A DNA stretch of 64,000 nt from Azolla caroliniana (taxonomy: Eukaryota; Plantae; Polypodiophyta), in assembly GCA_043228905.1 (NCBI GenBank), contig JBHGNT010000010.1, positions 20,150,001-20,214,000 of the forward strand. The letters run 5' to 3'. The notes beneath the pieces were generated by a model. The model was not told the DNA's origin and searched no databases. It saw only the letters and a program-made list of their open reading frames with translations. How positions within the stretch are numbered: the stretch's first letter is position 1; each line of letters opens with the position of its first letter. A program made the position numbers and the translations under genes. Positions 57,460 to 64,000 of the stretch are shown one piece after another.

Positions 57460-60400
57460 CTAGTATATCTCATCATCAGGAATAACAGGAATCAAGAACT
57501 TCAGAGGATCTTGCTCTGCTTCTCTATATTCCGACCGCATCTTAACTTTCTCGGTAGCCGGCAAAATAGGTATAATGGTATCCTTATCAATGACGCTATC
57601 GATGATGCCATATTCCACAGCCTCGAGTGGAGATAAATACCTATCTCGATCAATGTCATCCTCAACTTGTTCGTAAGTGCGTCCAGTAATCTCTGAGAGG
57701 ATTCGGGTCATATTCTTCTTGTGATACATAATCTCTTTAGCTTGGATTTCCACATCCATGACTTGACCACTTGCACCACCCATTGGTTGATGCAAAAGTA
57801 TTCGCGAATTCGGCATTGCAAACCGTTTTCCTTTCGTTCCTGCAGCCAACAATATGGCTGCTGTGGAGGCTGCGAATCCAAAGGCTATTGTAGAAACAGG
57901 GGCCCGGCAAAGCTGAATTGCATCAAATACACCCATCGCAGCACTGCATTTGCATTGTTTTATACATAAATACAACATACATAAATTTTCAGTATATGCG
58001 TATCTTATCCTGTTTTAGTTATTTAGTCCATTTCTTGTGTTTAAGGATGTAGCCACAAAATGCTGAACAGCACAGAAGAATAACACACACACGCACACAT
58101 CCATCATTTTCAGATCTTTGCTGAAAAATGAAAATCCATATATTTGGGTTTTCAGCTCAAGAGTCAATAACAGTATAAACTTAAGCCAGTGTACTCATCG
58201 CACAATGTTAAACTCAAATGAATAAAAACGATTTCATGTTGTTAAGAGTCACAGATGACAACTGTGATGACATGACGTCAATCTTCATGTCATTAGGATC
58301 CCACATCAGCTGAACTCTCCTATTCTCTCAATGGCTGGTCTCATTTCTACCCTTCTTCCCTTGCATGTGTGTGTGTGTTCTGCCTCCTTGTGGGCACCCC
58401 TGTATCCTCCAGAGTGTTTTGTTGGTAGTCTCTTGTAGATGAACTTGTTGACTGTCAGTGTGCACCTGATGCACAACCTATCACATGGATCCCACTTTCT
58501 GTCAGTTGGCAAAAATTAAACTGGATACACTATTCATTTCCATTGGAGTTCAGGTATCAACGGGCTTCCCATGGGTCTCTTTCTATCAGCAGTTTTGTTA
58601 GACTTCGGCTGCTTCGCCAATAACACACTACAAGATTTGTTCTGTTTCGTAAACAACACTGTAGAAAAGAGTATCAAGCAATGGCAAGATCATGATACTC
58701 ACAGAAAGAGATAGGACAACTGAGAATCAATCTAAATGGCGAAGATGGTGATTTCACTATTCACAAATAGATATGCCAAAATGTAGAAGTTTTCCCTACT
58801 ATGTGGATAGAAGAGGGACTACAAAGACATCTAGACACTTTAAAATCATTCTGTATGGATAAAGGTTTGTCAGTAAACCTGGATAAAACTAAAGTAATGG
58901 TATTTCAAGCATGGATAATGAGATCAGAACCAGAGTTCTTTTTGGAAGAGGAAAAGGTGGCGCACACATAATCCTACACATACATTGGAGTAATATTCAA
59001 AGGTTGCATATCCATGAGAAGGATGCCTGCGCTTGACTTTGTCATGGATATGCAACCTTTGGTGCTCTTGAAAGACAATGTGCACATGTACAGTCTATTT
59101 GATATGTTTGAGACACCATTACCTCTACAAAGTAGAAACCTAGGAAGCAAGTCTTTCTATACATTAATCCAATCAGGAACCAATATCCAACGGCTTTGGG
59201 AGCTGCCTAAACAAGGTATTCAAGGTTGGCACTTATGTCATCAAAACAACTAGCTGAACACGGAGTTGATGTTTCTTGGTATTCTGAAACATTAGAATGG
59301 TTCAAGTCACATAGCATAAGCAGAAATGCACTACCCCCTATCAATATAGCTTGGATTGTCCCCATCCAACATGAACTACGTTCGGTAGAACAGAGTGATC
59401 CAGACAAATATTATCAAATTCAATAACGAAAGAACATTGATCATCCCTACAACATCATTGATTAGCGATTGAGTATGCACATATGCACACACATCTCTGG
59501 AAGACAGAAAGTTGTGTCATCAGGGAGTGGGATCTGAAGAAAACTATGCTATCTGCTGTACTGTTTTTTATGAAATAAGACAGAAATGCCATTACCACTT
59601 TAATCAAGGCTTTGGCCCAGTATGCAAGGTAATGGAATATGAGAACTCATAGTGCCTGGGACTGTTCTTACTAGAACTCAAGCGATACGGGGAGAAGTCA
59701 TCGCAGGACAGCAATATAATCACACAAGCTCATCAACAAAGAACAATCACAACTTTCTTTGGCTCCATCACTCCTAATGCTACAAGTCAATAAAGGGCTA
59801 CAAGATTGGGCTGCCAACCAGGACATTGCAAAGGGATTACAATAGATCAGGTAATTGCAATATGTCGTGCACATAAACCCTGGCCTAGTGAACCACTGTA
59901 TTTGAACCGCTGGTTTCCCATTTTTTGCCCAGAAAACTGTACTTTTAAAGGGTAAACTATAAATGATGATGTTAGAAATATTGACAACTTGGGGTTGATC
60001 ATTGATTATATCTGACACGCCCCCTAATGGTCAACCCATTGAGTTTAATTGGAATCAGGCCAACTCCTAGTCATCAAAAGGTGTCACAGTAGCTGTTCTG
60101 TTCCCCTCAATGCTCAACCAATTGAGTTTCTTGGCTGTTGAATTTATATTGCTTTTGTTTTACATTTTAATAGCATGTTTTCCTTAGTTACGATATTGGT
60201 ATCCACATTAATATCGTACTTAATGTTTTATATCTAACCATTTTTGTTGAATGTACTTGTGGTGTTCATGAAGCTCTTGCGATACTAATTAGGTATAAAT
60301 TTAGTGTTATACTATAAGTAAACACAGGGGCGTTCCCATATCTCATTCACTCTTTCATAATACATGGAAGGTGTTTTTGATCAAAGAATGGGCATAAAGT

Positions 60401-61247
60401 ATAGAATCAACAATAGCCAATTATATTATATCATTAGTTCATAGCCACAGTATATATTTTGCTAGAGCTCTTCTAATATAAGTTTCTATCTCCTATAAGT
60501 TCAAATTTTATGGAGGGGGCAATGCAATACTAAGAATCAAACACAAATAAATGCTAGCAATCATTCCTATGTTACAACCAAAATGACATATACTTTTATT
60601 GAGCTAAATTCTGAACGAAATGAAGAAGAAACAAAGCAAAGTCTGATTTTAATGAAGAAGAGGAAAGAAAAAAGCGGGAAGAAGAAGCAAAGATACTCTC
60701 GTTTACTAGTTCACAGAGAAGAAGAAAGCGAAAACACCCTGTTTTCACTAGAATCACAAAGAAGAATACGATAATGATGACGCATATAGAATAAATATAT
60801 ATAAGACCTGATGGTACCACCAGAACTATTGATGAAGAGTCTGATGTCTTTCTGAGTATCTTGAGCATCGAGAAGAAGGAGCTGACTGATGATGGCATCT
60901 GCAGAGAAATCATCCAAACTACAACCGAGGAACACAATCCGTTGCCGAAGAAGAAGGCCCATCACTTCTGATTGCGAAACTAGTTTCTGAGGAGGAGAAG
61001 AAGGGGCCTGAGTTGCTTGGATAGATGAGGAAACCTTGAAATTGTCATGTGAAGAAGACCTCCTTGTTGAAGAAGAAGAAGAAGATGTGATGGGTCGTTT
61101 AGTATAAGCCAAAAAGGAGGTTTTGGATGGCATTCTGAAGGATCCATGAAAGCTTGAAGAAGAAGAAGAAGAGGAGGAGGAGGAGGAGGGGGAGGAGGAT
61201 GAAGAGGGCACTAATGAGACATGGGGAGGAAGACCGAGAGAAACCAT
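57460..61247 (-). CDS. CLPP4: Plastid ATP-dependent Clp protease proteolytic subunit 4, 2 exons, 307 aa
   Basis: Exons 61247-60808 and 57943-57460, phase-2 GT-AG intron. Ser-rich transit peptide, then MGLLLRQRIVFLG..FINSSGG and catalytic triad contexts AAST, HQP and DVEIQA. C-terminus DPLKFLIPVIPDDEIY is characteristic of ClpP4. Confidence 0.93.
58808..59897 (+). mobile_element. Internally deleted LINE fragment in the CLPP4 intron, same family as 40686-45768
   Basis: Reads EGLQRHLDTLKSFCMDKGLSVNLDKTKVM, RSEPEFFLEEEKV, IQRLWELPK, LALMSSKQLAE and QGFGPVCKVMEYE, collinear with the 41-42 kb element. Antisense to the host gene. Confidence 0.88.
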
Positions 61248-62806
61248 GGCTTCTCACAGACAGAGTTCTGCCTGTCGCTTCGAAGATCACATACAGACAT
61301 ACATATCCAAAGGAATCAATTTGCCCATCAAAGAAAACCCTATGTTTTCACAAATTCCTGCAGTGCCCCTCCTCTCACACAGAATGCATCCATCCCCGGG
61401 ATTTCCTGTTATTACCAAAAAATACCCCTCTACAACCCCACCAATTCAATTAGATCATTTCTTTTATTTGGGCTGGAGTCTCAATCGATGGCCATGCAGC
61501 CGTCCGATCCCGATCGCCCATGTTCACATGAATGATGGACACAACACCATCATTGGTCTTAGAAGTAATGCATATGGATTTGCGAGATATAGATTGCTCT
61601 CAGATTAGATTCAACACCTCACCTTCTGCCCATTATGTTTTTTTATGTGGCCATTGGACTTGGCGGTCCGTAATGTATAATAACATGTGATGTGCATCAA
61701 TTTGACTTCGAGTGCATAGATGAAAAATTTGCAGAGATGCCAATATTTTTTGTGCGCGCTATAATCTCCTTTGTCTGGAGACTGGTGTAGTTGTTATCAA
61801 GCTTTCGATTGTTCCTCCAAAATAGCATTTGAATAAGTGTTAGTTATTATGAGTACGACATCTCTTTGTGAGGTCAACTTTAAGAGTGAACTAGGCAACT
61901 TATTGTTAGATTAGAAGTCCAATCCATGCTCAAAGTCATTTGTCATAATATATACATATTGGACAACTTTAGCTCAAGCTTTGCAAGTCATACCATTTCT
62001 TGTTTTTTGGTAGGAAACCCAACATATACTCCCTGAGTGTGCATCTTCATAGATGCGGAGTTTTGTCTTTGTGTTGATATCGTAGGCGAAGGAGCTCATA
62101 CCATTGTATACCATATTGATAGCAAGTGGGGCAATGGTGGTTGTCAAGCACTCCCAAGCTGCTAGCTTCACAAACTCTCACTTGCCTCTCTCGAAAGCTT
62201 ATTATGGCTCACTGATGCCATAGTAAGCTCAAGCACTAAACACTTACACGAGTAGAGTGATTACACACAATAGAAAACTAACCCCGCTTCTAATAATCGG
62301 AGCACATGCAAATAGGAGAGAAGTGATCAGGGTTTGGCTAAACAGAGTTGAACATTGATCACTTGCTTTCACATAAATTGGTCTTGCATATGAGTGTGGT
62401 GAGCTTGGGAAGTTCTCTACATCCCCCGCCCCCTTTGAGCGAACATGAAGAAGGGCCGGGGTTTTGGCCACAACTTGTATAGGGAGGGTGGAGCTACACA
62501 TGATGGACCATCAGTTGGTAGGATTGAACGGAAGGTGGTTTACGGATGGCCAGAGAACAGACCAATTGGTAGTGAACGAAGCCATTAATTAGGGTCTAAA
62601 ACACGAGGCCGCCACCACCCCAGCTAGGGTGATCCTAGAGACCAAATGTCAGTCAGTAAGGTCAGGGGATGACAATCGCTCCAGTTTGCTCCCGAATACC
62701 ATGAAGTGGGTTTTCTGAAGAAGATTTTATCGGTTTTCTTTTTTCCTTGGAACTTCTCATTTCGGTTCGAACGGAACTTCTCTGGGCGGGTAAAAAAGGA
62801 AGAAGA

Positions 62807-63065
62807 AAACCCTAATTTCACCCCACCACATATTTTTATTCCCTTCCCCGGACATTCATTCATTCCCACCAGAGAAATATGCTCCTATCTATCTATCTAT
62901 CTTTCTTTCTTCATCATCGTCTTCTTTTTCTCTCTTTTCTTTCTTTTCTGATAATTCTCAGGATTTATTATCACTCTTCCATACATACATACATACATAT
63001 ATATATATATCTACAGATTCTTTCCATACACTCTTCTCTCTCTTCTTCCTTCGCCAAAACCCTAA
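62807..63065 (+). promoter_or_regulatory. Two telo-boxes (AAACCCTAA) in a probable promoter/leader
   Basis: AAACCCTAA at 62807-62815 and 63057-63065, amid CT-rich leader-like sequence, divergent from CLPP4. Confidence 0.5.
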
Positions 63066-63125
63066 ATTTCTGTCCTCTCCGCTCATCGCTATGGACGCCA
63101 CGATCTCCTGTGCTTCATCCCCTCA

Positions 63126-63169
<44 letters not shown>

Positions 63170-63365
63170 GACTCTCTTTCTGAATTCCGTCTTCTCAATT
63201 CTCACTCATGAGAGAGAGAGAGAGATAGAGAGGCTCTTCTTCCTTTTTCTGAATGAGAATTAGAATTGAAAATTCAGATTCGGATACAAGAGCAAGAGAG
63301 AGAGAGAGAGAGAGAGAGAGAGGTGGTTCTTCTTATTTCATTTGTTCTAAATTTAGAATGTGCAG

Positions 63366-63542
63366 GGTCACCATGGAATTGCAAGAGTGTTTTCTTCTTC
63401 CTCTTCATTCTCATCCACGCCAATGCCTATGTGGAAGCCCCGGGATCCTGTCCAGATTCACGGGAGGAGGCGAAATTCGGGCGTCGTGGCTGTCGCTTCT
63501 CCCCCTAGTACTCAGGAGCGGTCCCCGGCAACGACTGGCACG
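63366..63542 (+). CDS. Probable early exon of a gene continuing beyond the window; product unknown (transit-peptide-like)
   Basis: GC-rich segment ending in donor ACG|GTAAGC (63542/63543), with next acceptor TTGCAG| at ~63984. The frame ARVFSSSSSFSSTPMPMWKPR..RRRNSGVVAVASPPST resembles an organellar targeting peptide. Start codon unresolved. Confidence 0.4.
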
Positions 63543-64000
63543 GTAAGCCTCCGAGTTGCTTGCCTCTGCTTTTGATTTTTCTACCATTTGTACACTTTGT
63601 TGCTCTCAAGCCAACCTCTTCATAACAATGTTTGTTGTTTCCCTTGTACACTATATATAAAGACATTGAACATCGTTATTCACCATTAACTAATTCACAA
63701 GCTTCCAGGTCAAGGATATCGTTTTGTCTCCTTACCAACCGAATGATAAATGTCGTTTTCCTTGAAAATGAATGTTTTTTTATGTAGAATAAATGGCAAA
63801 ATAAATGTTCCGGATGCTGAAAAAATGGATGTTTCATTAAACATGAATTATTGCATTTATTGTTTAATGTCACATGCCTGTTATTTCTTGCGAGAGATTA
63901 GCTATGTGATTATCCTTAACTTTAAGGTTATTGGATGTGTTTGGAGGTTTAGCATGCAAACCAACTATTCTAACATGTTTGCAGGGTCCATCAATAATGT

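Noticed and set aside
61970-62640. Short minus-strand ORFs between CLPP4 and the right-edge gene
   Set aside because: No motif or exon structure; probably TE-derived or promoter DNA.

Overview
AT-rich eukaryotic nuclear DNA from a land plant. Intron structure and repeat families suggest a seed-free plant such as a fern, but that is inference. Four complete spliced genes were reconstructed by hand with consistent intron phases: a GH28 polygalacturonase (-, 8 exons, 489 aa, first intron GC-AG), coatomer alpha/COPA (-, 3 coding exons, 1215 aa), the WW-domain phosphoinositide phosphatase SAC9 (+, 12 coding exons, 1630 aa) and plastid ClpP4 (-, 2 exons, 307 aa). A fifth gene probably begins at the right edge. 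The rest is transposon debris: two near-full-length decayed LINEs of different types, further LINE fragments, Ty1/copia and Ty3/gypsy remnants, two solo LTRs in inverted orientation, a MITE-like element, tRNA-derived sequence, tandem duplications and microsatellites. The most notable pattern is that both long LINEs are bounded at both ends by (GA)n/(TC)n tracts, and one sits head-to-tail behind the TC tract of an older relative. This suggests LINEs that target or seed microsatellites. No prokaryotic system or CRISPR array is supported.
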